From positions 339,599 through 403,598 of the forward strand of contig JAUIFF010000001.1 of the NCBI GenBank assembly GCA_030429545.1: DNA of 64,000 bases, in the 5' to 3' direction. The notes under the pieces are model-generated. The model was given only the letters and a program-made list of their open reading frames with translations, was not told the origin of the DNA and did no database searches. The DNA is from Polyangia bacterium. Lineage in GTDB: Bacteria; Myxococcota_A; Polyangia; Nannocystales; Nannocystaceae. The position numbers were made by a program, and so were the translations under genes. The first letter of the stretch is position 1. Each line of letters begins with the position of its first letter. This document shows positions 27,809 through 37,189 of the stretch, piece by piece.

Positions 27809-28768
27809 GTGAAGGACCTGTATCAGACCCTAGGCGTGTCTAAGGATGCCGACGCCCGCGAGATCAAGCGGCGCTATCGCAAGCTGACCCAGAAGTACCA
27901 CCCCGACAAAAATCCGGGGAACAAGCAGGCCGAAGAGAAGTTCAAAGATGTCTCGACGGCCTACGACGTGCTCGGCGATCCGGACCGGCGCAAGCTCTAC
28001 GACGAATTTGGCGAGATGAGCCTCACCCAGGGCTTCGACCCCGAGCGTGCCCGTGCCTACCAACAGGCCCGGTCGGGGTTCGGCGGCGGTGGTGGCGGAT
28101 TCCCGGGCGGGATGAACTTCTCCAACTTCGGCGACGCCTCAAACGCGAGCTTCGACGACATCCTCTCCCAACTTTTTGGCGGCGGGCGGGTGCGTTCGCC
28201 AGGCGCAAGCGGCATGGGTCAACGTCCGCGCAAGGGGCAAAACATCGAGGGTGAAATCTCGGTGAAGTTTCTCGATGCCCTGCGCGGCACCAAGGTCCCG
28301 CTGCGAATTGACTCGTCGCAGGGGGGGGCCCGCACACTCGATGTCCGGGTGCCGCCGGGGATGGCCGACGGCGGAAAGCTGCGTGTGCGCGGCAAGGGAG
28401 GGCCAGGCAATCCGCCCGGCGACATCATCCTGACGGTTCATGTCAAAACCCACCCCTACCTCCGGCGCGAGGGCGCCAACCTCCATATGGATGTCCCGGT
28501 GACAGCGCTCGAGGCCTACCGCGGCGGGCCGATCGATGTGCCCACACCGTGGGGGACAGTTACTCTAAAATTGCCAGCAGGGGCACAAAGCGGGCAGAAA
28601 ATGCGGCTTCGCGGCAAGGGGGTCAAGGTCGGCAAGCGCGACCCCGGCGACTTGTTTTTGCATCTACAAATTAAACTGCCCGAGCCCGGGGATGAACGCC
28701 TCGCCGAGTTGCTCGAGGAGTTGCAAGCGGGCGAGAAGGTGCGCTCAAAGCTCGACTTCGGCGAGTAG
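27809..28768 (+). CDS. J-domain chaperone (DnaJ class II/CbpA-like; no zinc-finger domain)
   Basis: J-domain DLYQTLGVSKDADAREIKRRYRKLTQKYHPDKNPGN with the HPD motif. Gly/Phe-rich linker, then a DnaJ C-terminal substrate-binding domain. No CxxCxGxG repeats. Confidence 0.8.
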   Translation: MKDLYQTLGVSKDADAREIKRRYRKLTQKYHPDKNPGNKQAEEKFKDVSTAYDVLGDPDRRKLYDEFGEMSLTQGFDPERARAYQQARSGFGGGGGGFPGGMNFSNFGDASNASFDDILSQLFGGGRVRSPGASGMGQRPRKGQNIEGEISVKFLDALRGTKVPLRIDSSQGGARTLDVRVPPGMADGGKLRVRGKGGPGNPPGDIILTVHVKTHPYLRREGANLHMDVPVTALEAYRGGPIDVPTPWGTVTLKLPAGAQSGQKMRLRGKGVKVGKRDPGDLFLHLQIKLPEPGDERLAELLEELQAGEKVRSKLDFGE

Positions 28769-28789
28769 CAGGCGCTGCGTTCAACGCTC

Positions 28790-29050
28790 GACTTTGCTGT
28801 CCAACGCTCGAGTCATGCGATGGTTCAACGACATCGAGTAACGGGCCAGCTGCTGTCCAACGCGAGTCACGCGATGGTTCAACGACATCGAGTAACGGGC
28901 CAGCTGCTGCGTTTAACGCTCGAGTCACGCGATGGTTCAACGACATCGAGTACGGGCCAGGTGCTGCGTTCAACGCTCGAGTCACGCGAGGATTCACCGG
29001 CATCGAGTAACGCGAGGGGGCGACATCGAGGAACGGTGAGCCGGTGCGTA
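28790..29050. repeat. intergenic tandem repeat array, about 4 copies of a 54-58 bp unit
   Basis: Unit ...cgctcgagtcacgcgatggttcaacgacatcgagtaacgggccagctgctgcgttcaa.... Copies of ggttcaacgacatcgagta at 28822, 28876 and 28934, plus a degenerate fourth copy at about 28991. Lies between convergent gene ends (28768 and 29182). Confidence 0.7.
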
Positions 29051-29181
29051 ACTCGACTTTGGGTACCGGGCTGCACGTATTGCCACTGCCGGCGATGAGT
29101 CTCGCCGACTGCAGGTTCCCGACGGAAGTGCCCTCGACAGATAGCAGCGAGCCCAGGCCTTTTTTGGCAACTGGTCCACTG

Positions 29182-31125
29182 TCATCCGGCCAACACGTGG
29201 CCATCTACCCGCATCTGAAACAGGAAGTAGGGCGGGATACAAACGCCCCCGTCGGCGTTGGGCGAGCGGGCACAGATATAGTCGTCACGGCATGGCTCGT
29301 TGGGTCCGCAGGCCTGCATACCCGCTGGGTGGGCGGTTGTTTTGATGCAGCCTGGGAACGGCTTTTTTTGCCCGATACACAGGTTGAACGACAGTAGGTC
29401 GACAATCGCGCCACAGCGCTCACCGGCGCCTAGGTCATCGCAGGTCGCCGTGCACATCCCCTGGGGAAACCCGACTTTGTTGCGGTTACAAACAGCGCCC
29501 TCGCGGCAACTCGACTGCTTGGCGCCTCGCACCCGATCGGCATGGGGATGGGCTCGCATCGCCATCTCCCCAACTTCGCAGGGGGCCCCGGCCGGTGCTC
29601 CCTGGGGAAGACAGGTGCCGAGTTCCGGATCGTCGAGTTTGGTGCAGACAAGCCCGCTGTCGCAGGTGAGGTGGGTAAAGCTGCGGTCGCCAAGGCCACA
29701 ATGGCTCCCCGCCGCACCCTGGTGGCGTTCGGCCTCCGACAGCGGCCGGCGGTCGTCTGGCTGATCACCGGCGAGCACCGCCGCAAGGACCTCCGACCGG
29801 CGTTCGCGTTCGCCATCGAGGTGAGGTGAGGTCGCAATGGCCAGGGTGTCGAGCACAGCGGTCGGGTCACGCGGCTCGCCGAGCAGGTGAAACCCGGCCA
29901 CGCTGCGACTTTCGTGACAGCCGTTGCAGGTCAAGCCGTCGAGGCGGCGAAGCAGTCCGAGCGGGCTCTTGACATGGGTGAGGCCTGAGAAGTCGTAGTC
30001 GGCAAAATCCTTGGGTTTGAACAGTTGGCGATAGGGGCGGTTGGCCAGCCGAGCAAAGCCCCGCGGCGTGACCGATGTTGCGCGTTCGGCCAAAAACTTG
30101 TCGGGTACATTCAATGTACCTGCATCAAGATCCGTGCGTTGTGCGGGCGCGGTGAGCCAGGAAAGCAGCTCCTCCCGCAGCTGTCGGTCGCGCTTGAGCT
30201 GCGCAAGGTCTGGCGTGTTTTCGAGTTTGGCCGGCACAAGCCCCTCCCCATCGGGGTGAAACACCCGCAAGATGTACTCGGCATGGCCAGCCATCCCCGG
30301 ATGGACCGCGGCCGGCCAGCGAGCGCTTTGCAAGTTGACCTCGACCGACTTGAGCTTTTGAGCGGTCAAACGCTCGGGCGCCAGCGGTCCATTGGGGCTG
30401 GATAGTCGGGCCACAAGGGCGTCGCCGGTGACCGATGGTGCGATTGACCAGCGCTCGCCAACCTGTTTGCAAGTCTGTGCTTCGCCATCTGGATCCTGCC
30501 AAAAAACCACATTGAACGTCATCGGCAGGCGCGACTCGACCTGTTCGCCATCGAGGTTGGTGCGGTAGGCAAGCCGGTAGATCAGGCGGGTCTCGCCACA
30601 GTGCTCGGGGGCAAACGGACGACGGTCGAGGCGGTTGACCACCCCGATCAACTCGACGTGGTTTTGGTTGCCAACCAGCCAGGTCCGGTCGAACTGGCGA
30701 TGGGAATGGCGCATACCGACGCCGAGGCGTTTGTCATTTGATGCATCTGCATCAAAATCGCGGTTGAGTACCCGGTTGATGGCTGCCATCCGCGGACCCC
30801 TGGCAAGCTCCGCCATATTCGCGGCGGGCTGACCATGAAGCAGGGTTCCCAAGTTCGCCGGTCCGGCCTCCAAACTGGCCAACACCTGCGCCGAGGTAAT
30901 GAGGTCACGGGCGGGCGCCACGGGGGTGTTGGGGGAGGGGGCAGGTGAGGGCGACACTCTCGGAGGGGTACCTTCGGCCACTGGTGTGTCGTGCGGTGGT
31001 TGTTGTGCGGGCGTGAGCTTGTCAGCCCGGGTTGTCGCCGGAGCCTGCCCGTGGGACTGCGTTTGCGCGGGGAGGGGCGAGCAGGCGAGAAGCGAGCAAG
31101 AGGCGACGAGCAGCACACGGTGCAT
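29182..31125 (-). CDS. hypothetical secreted lipoprotein with Pro-rich linker, a single CxxCH motif and a Cys-rich C-terminal region
   Basis: Start chosen at the internal M (MHRVLLVASCSLLACSPLPAQT, lipobox LLAC). Pro/Ala-rich linker. ...LTCNGCHESRSVAGFHLLG... carries one CxxCH. The C-terminal roughly 180 aa hold about 20 Cys. Confidence 0.55.
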   Translation of the reverse strand: MHRVLLVASCSLLACSPLPAQTQSHGQAPATTRADKLTPAQQPPHDTPVAEGTPPRVSPSPAPSPNTPVAPARDLITSAQVLASLEAGPANLGTLLHGQPAANMAELARGPRMAAINRVLNRDFDADASNDKRLGVGMRHSHRQFDRTWLVGNQNHVELIGVVNRLDRRPFAPEHCGETRLIYRLAYRTNLDGEQVESRLPMTFNVVFWQDPDGEAQTCKQVGERWSIAPSVTGDALVARLSSPNGPLAPERLTAQKLKSVEVNLQSARWPAAVHPGMAGHAEYILRVFHPDGEGLVPAKLENTPDLAQLKRDRQLREELLSWLTAPAQRTDLDAGTLNVPDKFLAERATSVTPRGFARLANRPYRQLFKPKDFADYDFSGLTHVKSPLGLLRRLDGLTCNGCHESRSVAGFHLLGEPRDPTAVLDTLAIATSPHLDGERERRSEVLAAVLAGDQPDDRRPLSEAERHQGAAGSHCGLGDRSFTHLTCDSGLVCTKLDDPELGTCLPQGAPAGAPCEVGEMAMRAHPHADRVRGAKQSSCREGAVCNRNKVGFPQGMCTATCDDLGAGERCGAIVDLLSFNLCIGQKKPFPGCIKTTAHPAGMQACGPNEPCRDDYICARSPNADGGVCIPPYFLFQMRVDGHVLAG

Positions 31126-31214
31126 GCCGGGATTGTACCCGCCATAGCGATTGCGGTCGCGCTTGCCCGAGTACAACGCTTGCCCTCGTACCAAGTGCGC
31201 GTGGCAATACCGAA

Positions 31215-31650
31215 GCCGAGCACAGAGCTCGCCTCGCTACCTGTCGTAGGTCTCCGAACCAACGGTCCCGAGGAGCGTACCTGTTTTTGCCGCAAACACT
31301 TCGAACGCGGCAGCACCGTAGCCGAGTATGAAGCTCGCCTCGCTACTTGTCGTAGGAGTCCGAACAAACGGTTCCCTGTTCGTACCGCAAACACTTCGAG
31401 TGACGACGTGCGCACGAGACGTCGCCCGAAGCTCACCTCGCTACTTGTCGTAGGACTCCGAACCAACGGTCCCGAGGAGCTTCCCGGTTTTCGCCGCAAA
31501 CACTTCGAGTGACGACGTGCGCACGAGAGACGTAGCCCGAAGTTCACGTCGCTACTTGTCGTAGGTCTCCGCACCAACGGTCCCGAGGAGCTTGCCGGTT
31601 TTTGCCGCAAACACTTCGAGTGATGACGTGCGCGTGACAAACACATAGGA
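31215..31650. repeat. intergenic tandem repeat array, about 4 copies of a roughly 100-110 bp unit
   Basis: cgctacttgtcgtagg recurs at 31235, 31341, 31439 and 31550. Each unit contains the palindrome cgtgcgcacg flanked by acttcg...cgaagt, a potential compound hairpin. Overlaps the 3-prime end of the PQQ-like gene, whose last roughly 30 codons fall inside the repeat. Confidence 0.7.
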
Positions 31651-32889
31651 CCCGCTCACCACCACTTCGTCGACGCGGTCGACCGCAAAGACCGGGCGAA
31701 GTTGGGTGTCCCACAGCCGGGCTCCGGTGGCAGCATCGAGCGCGGTGAGGTGCCAAAAATCCTGGCCGCTGCCGTAGATGCTGATAAACCGACCGTCTGC
31801 GAGCCCCTCGGCTTTGTTTGAGTTTTCGCGAACCGTCGCCCGATCGACCGCGGCGATTTCTTGGTCCCACAAAACTTTTTTGGTCGCCTGGTCAAACCCC
31901 ACGGCTCGCGGGTAGGCGGTTCCCGGCGATTTGGTGCCAGCTGCAACCGCGATGTCCCCATCCCGATGCACGCGCTCGGCATCAAAGCCATCAACCTTGG
32001 GAACGTCGAGTTTCGGTTTTCTAAGGTGACGATGCTTGGGGCAACTTTCGGGGCGGGGCGCCTCGGCCAACTCGCCGGTTTTGGTGTCGAGCATGTGGCT
32101 GCGCTCGTCGACCTGACCAACCCACAACGTATGTCCGTTACTGTCTTTTGGAACACATAGCTGCTTAACCCGATCGCTGAGATTGTGCTGTTTGAGCAGC
32201 TCCCCGTCGCCGGCGTTGTGTATATACAGCTTTGCCTGGTGGTCGCTGACAACCACCCGCTCGCCGAGCACCTGCGCATGGGTGTGGCGATAGCCCTGGC
32301 CATAGGTACCGAGCGGGCCGATTCGCCATTTGCGTTTGACGGTGTCGGCATCAAAGGCATCGAAGTACAGTTGATCGCCGTTGCGGATTTCGCGTGTGCG
32401 CCCCAAAAAACCCTGAGAATCGCCCCAGTCAATTAGTTGTGGAGGACCGCCAACCGAATCCCAGGTGACGCGGGGACCCGCGGCTGCCTGCTGGGCAAGT
32501 TCCGGAATCGCTGGCACCTCCGCCACCCCGGCGATCTGCGTTGCCTGGGAGACCGAGACCTCCGGCTCCCGAAGCAAAAACATGGGGATCAAGCTGGCGA
32601 CGAGCGTCACTCCAAAGAATATCCAGGCGAGCCGACCGGCACTTTTTCGGGCGTGTTCGACATGCGCATAGGCGTGGGCTTGTCCCTGGGCGGCGAGTTC
32701 CTGTTGCGCGGCAACGATCGCTTTTGCGAGTGCCTTGGCGTCCATCGGTTGGCCGGCAACGGTCGTCGCCGAGCGCACCTGCGAAGCTTGAAATTCCGAT
32801 TGGCAGTAGTCACAACTGATCGTACCGGTGGGAGCGCGCGGCGGAAGTTGGGCTCCGCAGCTGGGACATTTGAGGCGCAAAAGTTCCAT
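31552..32889 (-). CDS. membrane-anchored PQQ-like beta-propeller repeat protein with N-terminal zinc ribbon
   Basis: ATG at 32889 verified (MELLRLKCPSCGAQL...CDYCQSEF, a CxxC...CxxC ribbon). One TM (LAWIFFGVTLVASLIPMFLL). Then repeated ...G.LW...D..TG... motifs (KKVLWDQ, ARLWDTQ, HTLWVGQ) typical of PQQ-type propeller blades. Confidence 0.55.
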   Translation of the reverse strand: MELLRLKCPSCGAQLPPRAPTGTISCDYCQSEFQASQVRSATTVAGQPMDAKALAKAIVAAQQELAAQGQAHAYAHVEHARKSAGRLAWIFFGVTLVASLIPMFLLREPEVSVSQATQIAGVAEVPAIPELAQQAAAGPRVTWDSVGGPPQLIDWGDSQGFLGRTREIRNGDQLYFDAFDADTVKRKWRIGPLGTYGQGYRHTHAQVLGERVVVSDHQAKLYIHNAGDGELLKQHNLSDRVKQLCVPKDSNGHTLWVGQVDERSHMLDTKTGELAEAPRPESCPKHRHLRKPKLDVPKVDGFDAERVHRDGDIAVAAGTKSPGTAYPRAVGFDQATKKVLWDQEIAAVDRATVRENSNKAEGLADGRFISIYGSGQDFWHLTALDAATGARLWDTQLRPVFAVDRVDEVVVSGSYVFVTRTSSLEVFAAKTGKLLGTVGAETYDK

Positions 32890-33025
32890 TGCCAGGCCAG
32901 TATACCGCAGTAGCGAAGTCCGCGGATGGTGAGTGACCGATGCGACAGCTCGAAAATGAGAAGCCCAAAGCTCAGCCAGAATATTTGATGGTACAAATTT
33001 TGTCGGTCGGTGATGTTTCCCGGTC

Positions 33026-33625
33026 TCAGTCGACGGACGACTCAGGCGGAAGTTCAGGCGTGGATGGCCCGCCCGGCAGGGCCTGCTGAGCCTTCGAGAT
33101 CGCGGCCGCCATGCTTGGAGCTTCTTGGGTGCCAACCAGCGTGACCTTGCGTTTACCGGCTTTTGTACGCCACACGATGCGGACCGCACTACCCCCGTCT
33201 CCGGGCATGTTGTACATCCACTCGCCGTCCATTGAGCGGCGAATGCCCCAGCCTCCGTACTTCTTCCAATCATAGGTAATCGCCTCGGCAGACTCGATCG
33301 CCGCCATGGGGATTTTCGGCCCAAACAGGCCATATTGAATGTTGACACTTCCCTCAGAGACGGTCACGCGGAGGATCGCAAACAGCAGGATAATGGCGAG
33401 GAATACCGGGATGGCCAGGAGGCTGTAGTAGGAGCCGGCCAAGACTTCAGCGAGCACAGCCCCGCCACCCACAAGCCCGATGAGCGCGCCGAGTTGCCAC
33501 GGAGCGCGCGCCTTGATGCGGTACAACATCGCACCGTCGGCCTTCATGTACTCGGTCTCGTAGCGGTCGGGCGTCGTCGCTGGCGAGACCTGGTTGCTGG
33601 GGACCGGTAGGTTGGGCTTGGTCAT
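33026..33625 (-). CDS. hypothetical membrane protein (two TM helices plus a PH-like soluble domain)
   Basis: Hydrophobic hairpin LGALIGLVGGGAVLAEVLAGSYYSLLAIPVFLAIILLFAIL followed by a roughly 90-aa beta-rich domain. Resembles bacterial PH (bPH_2/YdbT-like) proteins, but weakly supported. Confidence 0.5.
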   Translation of the reverse strand: MTKPNLPVPSNQVSPATTPDRYETEYMKADGAMLYRIKARAPWQLGALIGLVGGGAVLAEVLAGSYYSLLAIPVFLAIILLFAILRVTVSEGSVNIQYGLFGPKIPMAAIESAEAITYDWKKYGGWGIRRSMDGEWMYNMPGDGGSAVRIVWRTKAGKRKVTLVGTQEAPSMAAAISKAQQALPGGPSTPELPPESSVD

Positions 33626-34020
33626 TGGCGTGAGACTAGCGCACTGCCGTCAACAAGTGTGTCGAAACCGTGCATAGCGTGTGTAGAGGTGGTAGCGGCA
33701 GGTTGTGGCGCCCTTCGGGCGCAACCGCCGATTTCACGCATCGAGAGGTCGAGCGCGGCCCTCGCAACCTGTGGATTTTTTTGTCACGACGCCTCGCATG
33801 CCGATTTGCTGTCGTAGCACCCACGACAGCTGCGATTCACAAAACCGATCGCTACCAGCAACACCGGCAACATCTGTACACGCGCCCAAAAAACCACGGG
33901 CTGCGAGCGCCTGTCGATTATGCCCATAAACTTGTCTATACACACCCACCGGCTGGGCGGCCTGCTTCGCTACAGTTACGTCGGCTTGACCGGGTCGCAA
34001 CAACCAGGGATGATGGGGGC

Positions 34021-35259
34021 ATGTGGGGGCGATCTAGGCGTGTTTGGCTCGCGGCGGTGGCCCTCGTTGCCCTCGTTGCCCTCCCGGGCCAAACACCGGC
34101 GGCCGAGACCCGGCAGATCTGTGTGACGTTTGGCCTCGGGTCGACCTACGCCGATGCATCGCCGCGGCGCAATGGGATCTGGATACCGGGCCAACCCAGC
34201 AAAGATGCGGGCGAGACCTACGGCCGGACCGACCAACCATTTCCGGCGATTGCTATGTTGGCGCGGGTACGCGACGCCTCCGGCGTCGTTTGGGGGTGGG
34301 CACCACTCGACGAACACGGGTGTACCGGCGAGTTTGAAACGCCCACAAATTCGGTTACGTTAGAGTACTATGATTGGGCTTACTTCGCCGACGATACTGG
34401 TGTGGTTGCCTACGATTGTTGGAGTGGCGATGGGTGTTCGTTTGAGCAGGCCGATGTGGAGGTCACGCTTGAAACAGGCGTAACCCATTACGAACTTGTT
34501 CACCTCAAACCGACGGCCCCAATGTTTTGGGCCACGGTATTCTCGACGTTTCGCCTGTCGCTTGTCCATGGTCTTCCGCTCTATGCCGTACTCACACGCG
34601 ATGAGACGGGCACGCGGCGAAATCTCGGGGGCTGGCCAACAGCCAACTATCGCGGGACAATCGGCGACTCACGCGGGACCGATCACAGCAAGTTTACGCT
34701 CGCCCACGAGTGGGGGCATATCCAAACCATACTGGCGACAACAGACGTACTCGCCAGTGACATCGATTATGGCTACACGCCGAGCATGTGCTCAGACGAC
34801 CCAGAAAGCGAAAACTACCAACCAGGGTGTACTCCGAGTACCCAGCATGCGATCGACAGTCTCGAGTATCAGTCGGCTGCGAGCGTTGAAGGATTCGCCA
34901 ATTGGTATGCAATGAGTGTGTGGAATGACGAGTCACAGAAGCAGGCGGTCTATATCCGGCCGCGCAGCGCCGATACTTTTCTGGCGATTTACTACGAAGG
35001 TGAATACCAACCCATTTGTGCCGAGGATCATTGCCCCCAGGGGGTCGCCAATGCGTTAGACTGGGCATTTGCGCTGTGGGACTTGCAAGCCCGTGCCCAA
35101 CTGCCTGGGGTTGGGCCCCATGCGGTTGGCGGCTTGCTAGCAGCGGCCTACCCCTGGCCGAAACCACAGGATTTTTGGCAACACTTTCTAGGCACGCTTC
35201 CCGAGCCCGTGGCCGGGGCGTGGTCGACGATTGGGGGAGACTTTGCCATCGATAACTAG
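34021..35259 (+). CDS. secreted HExxH-motif protein (putative zinc metallopeptidase)
   Basis: ATG at 34021 verified. Signal peptide MWGRSRRVWLAAVALVALVALPGQTPAAE. ...KFTLAHEWGHIQTI... contains HEWGH (HExxH), and a candidate third-ligand Glu lies downstream (EGFANWY). No family assignment possible by eye. Confidence 0.55.
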   Translation: MWGRSRRVWLAAVALVALVALPGQTPAAETRQICVTFGLGSTYADASPRRNGIWIPGQPSKDAGETYGRTDQPFPAIAMLARVRDASGVVWGWAPLDEHGCTGEFETPTNSVTLEYYDWAYFADDTGVVAYDCWSGDGCSFEQADVEVTLETGVTHYELVHLKPTAPMFWATVFSTFRLSLVHGLPLYAVLTRDETGTRRNLGGWPTANYRGTIGDSRGTDHSKFTLAHEWGHIQTILATTDVLASDIDYGYTPSMCSDDPESENYQPGCTPSTQHAIDSLEYQSAASVEGFANWYAMSVWNDESQKQAVYIRPRSADTFLAIYYEGEYQPICAEDHCPQGVANALDWAFALWDLQARAQLPGVGPHAVGGLLAAAYPWPKPQDFWQHFLGTLPEPVAGAWSTIGGDFAIDN

Positions 35260-35737
35260 TCGCCGGCGGGGTTCTCTGGCCACGTGCTCCGTTGCCGCAA
35301 CGCTGATGCTCTGCATCGCGTGTGGCCCGGGCTCGACGGGCGACTTCGCGACCGAGCAAGGAGAGACCGCGGCGGATGTTTGCGACGATGCTCCGGGCAA
35401 AAAACCCGGCTCAAACACGCCGCTTCGGGTCGATGACCTCGATGTTACCCGGGTGCGCACCGTCTGTCCGCAAGCACACCACAGCTTGGTGCTCGAGCTC
35501 GCCCGGCCGAACTACGTGATTGCCGAGGCCACGTTTGATGTCGAGCTCGGCAACCTCAAAATGAGTTTGTTTGATGCGAGTGGCGAATTGCGATGGTCGT
35601 CGACCGGGGGAGACTTTGCCGCGATTCACCGACTGCTCGACCAAGGCACCTATACCCTGCAGCTCGAGTCCCTCAGTGATGCCGAGCTGACCTATACCTT
35701 GCGAGTACGCGGATTACCTGCCCACATTTCCCAATAG
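35231..35737 (+). CDS. small hypothetical lipoprotein (overlaps the 3-prime end of the HExxH gene)
   Basis: N-terminus ...RRRGSLATCSVAATLMLCIACGPGSTG is lipobox-like. The roughly 130-aa mature part is beta-rich. The start is uncertain; it overlaps the upstream gene by 29 nt in another frame. Confidence 0.4.
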   Translation: MGETLPSITSRRRGSLATCSVAATLMLCIACGPGSTGDFATEQGETAADVCDDAPGKKPGSNTPLRVDDLDVTRVRTVCPQAHHSLVLELARPNYVIAEATFDVELGNLKMSLFDASGELRWSSTGGDFAAIHRLLDQGTYTLQLESLSDAELTYTLRVRGLPAHISQ

Positions 35738-36372
35738 CATTAAGGTCGTTTGGTACGCCGCCGAATTGCCCCGAGCAGAAGCAGGAGTAGGCTGACGGTG
35801 AGGTGGTGTTTGCGGTACAGTTACAGGCCTCGTCGCCAGGATCGAAGTTACCCGTGGAAGCCGAAGCGCCGGACTCGGAGTCGGTACCAAGCGCTTGGCT
35901 TTCATCTGTCGAGTTTTCGTTAGTCCCGTCGTACACGGATCCCCATAAGTATGGACAGTCTGCCCTGGCCCCGGAGCGGGGTCGGTGCGGACAACCATCA
36001 CATTATACTGGTAGCCTAAGTCATACTGATAGTCGAAGAGTGTGCTCAACTCTTTGTCAATGACAACATCGACTTCGACGCCGTCGATCGTGCCATCAAG
36101 TTTTCGTCCCCAAAGGCGCCCCTTGAGCAGGACTCCCGCATTTGCCGGGTACCATTGTTCGGATAGACAAGCGAAAAGTTCGGGGGTGGCCGGGCTACAC
36201 GCGCGGGCGAGCTGCCAAGCATAGGCAGATGCCGGTCGCACGGGCGAAATAGATCGGTCGAGACTTCGTGAAACTTCTGTATCCCGAGGTTAGGCGAAAT
36301 ACGGAGCCCGCGAAATGCAAGAGATTTTGCCCCCACGTGCGCCCGCAATTTAGATGCATATTCATATGCCAC
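35673..36372 (-). pseudogene. possible frameshifted gene in a slightly lower-GC stretch
   Basis: Three consecutive minus-strand ORFs in different frames (36046..36372, 35714..36241, 35673..35936), each with protein-like, not Arg-rich composition. GC is about 55%. Weak. Confidence 0.2.
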
Positions 36373-36422
36373 GGGACTACGAAAATTCCACGCGGTCCTC
36401 CGACTGATGGCATACTCCGACC

Positions 36423-37142
36423 GTGTCGCGTACCTACGACGAGGGCGAAGCTCAGAAAATCCTGGCCAAGGCGGCAGAACTGGAACTCGCGCGGCGCAAT
36501 GACCCTGGTGGGGTCACGCTCGCGGAGCTCGAGCAGGCCGCCGAGTCGGCTGGGATCGATCGCGCGCTCGTGCGGCAGGCTGCCCGCACACTCGATACCC
36601 CTGGCCCCGATGCCCAGCCAACGACGGCCGACGAGTTGATCTCGACAATGACGGTCGCTGGCGTGTCGCCAGATGTTGTGGCCCGCCGCCTGTTTACCCG
36701 GATGGCGCGGGAGCACGGCGAAGTTGGCTCGCAGTCGGAGGTCGGCGAGGGGTTTATGTGGCAGACACAAAGCTACGGAAAAGCCTATGAGCCAGGGCAG
36801 GGGCGCAAGGTTGCCCTGGCTGTGTTCCCGGCGGGCGATGGTGCCGAGATTGTGTTGCGGGAAAACCCGACTGGCGCCGGGGTACCGGGCGTCCTGATGC
36901 GAATCTTGAGCGGGGGTGGGCTCGGGTTTGTTCTCGGAATCGTGCTCATCGCCCTGTTGGGCCTCAGCGACGAGGCTGCATTTTTTTCGGTTTTGCTGAC
37001 CACTATCACCTCGGCGGCAATCGGTTGGGGCGCGAGCGTTCGCTGGTGGTCTCGCCAGCGTCAAGCGCTTCACCAGGCACAAGAACAGAGCTTGAGGCAG
37101 TTGGCTGCGAGCCTCGATGATCTTCCCCGGTCCGAGCCGTGA
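36423..37142 (+). CDS. hypothetical membrane protein (soluble N-domain plus two C-terminal TM helices)
   Basis: Protein-like composition. TM segments GLGFVLGIVLIALLGL and FFSVLLTTITSAAIGWGA. The antisense ORF 36195..37082 was rejected as the less protein-like of the two. Confidence 0.45.
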   Translation: MSRTYDEGEAQKILAKAAELELARRNDPGGVTLAELEQAAESAGIDRALVRQAARTLDTPGPDAQPTTADELISTMTVAGVSPDVVARRLFTRMAREHGEVGSQSEVGEGFMWQTQSYGKAYEPGQGRKVALAVFPAGDGAEIVLRENPTGAGVPGVLMRILSGGGLGFVLGIVLIALLGLSDEAAFFSVLLTTITSAAIGWGASVRWWSRQRQALHQAQEQSLRQLAASLDDLPRSEP

Positions 37143-37189
37143 GCTCTAAAAATGAATATGACTGATGGGACATGTCGTATGATGGCCCC

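Noticed and set aside
28790-31650. CRISPR arrays
   Set aside because: The units are 54-58 bp and 100-110 bp with no interspersed unique spacers, and no cas genes are nearby. These are plain tandem repeats.
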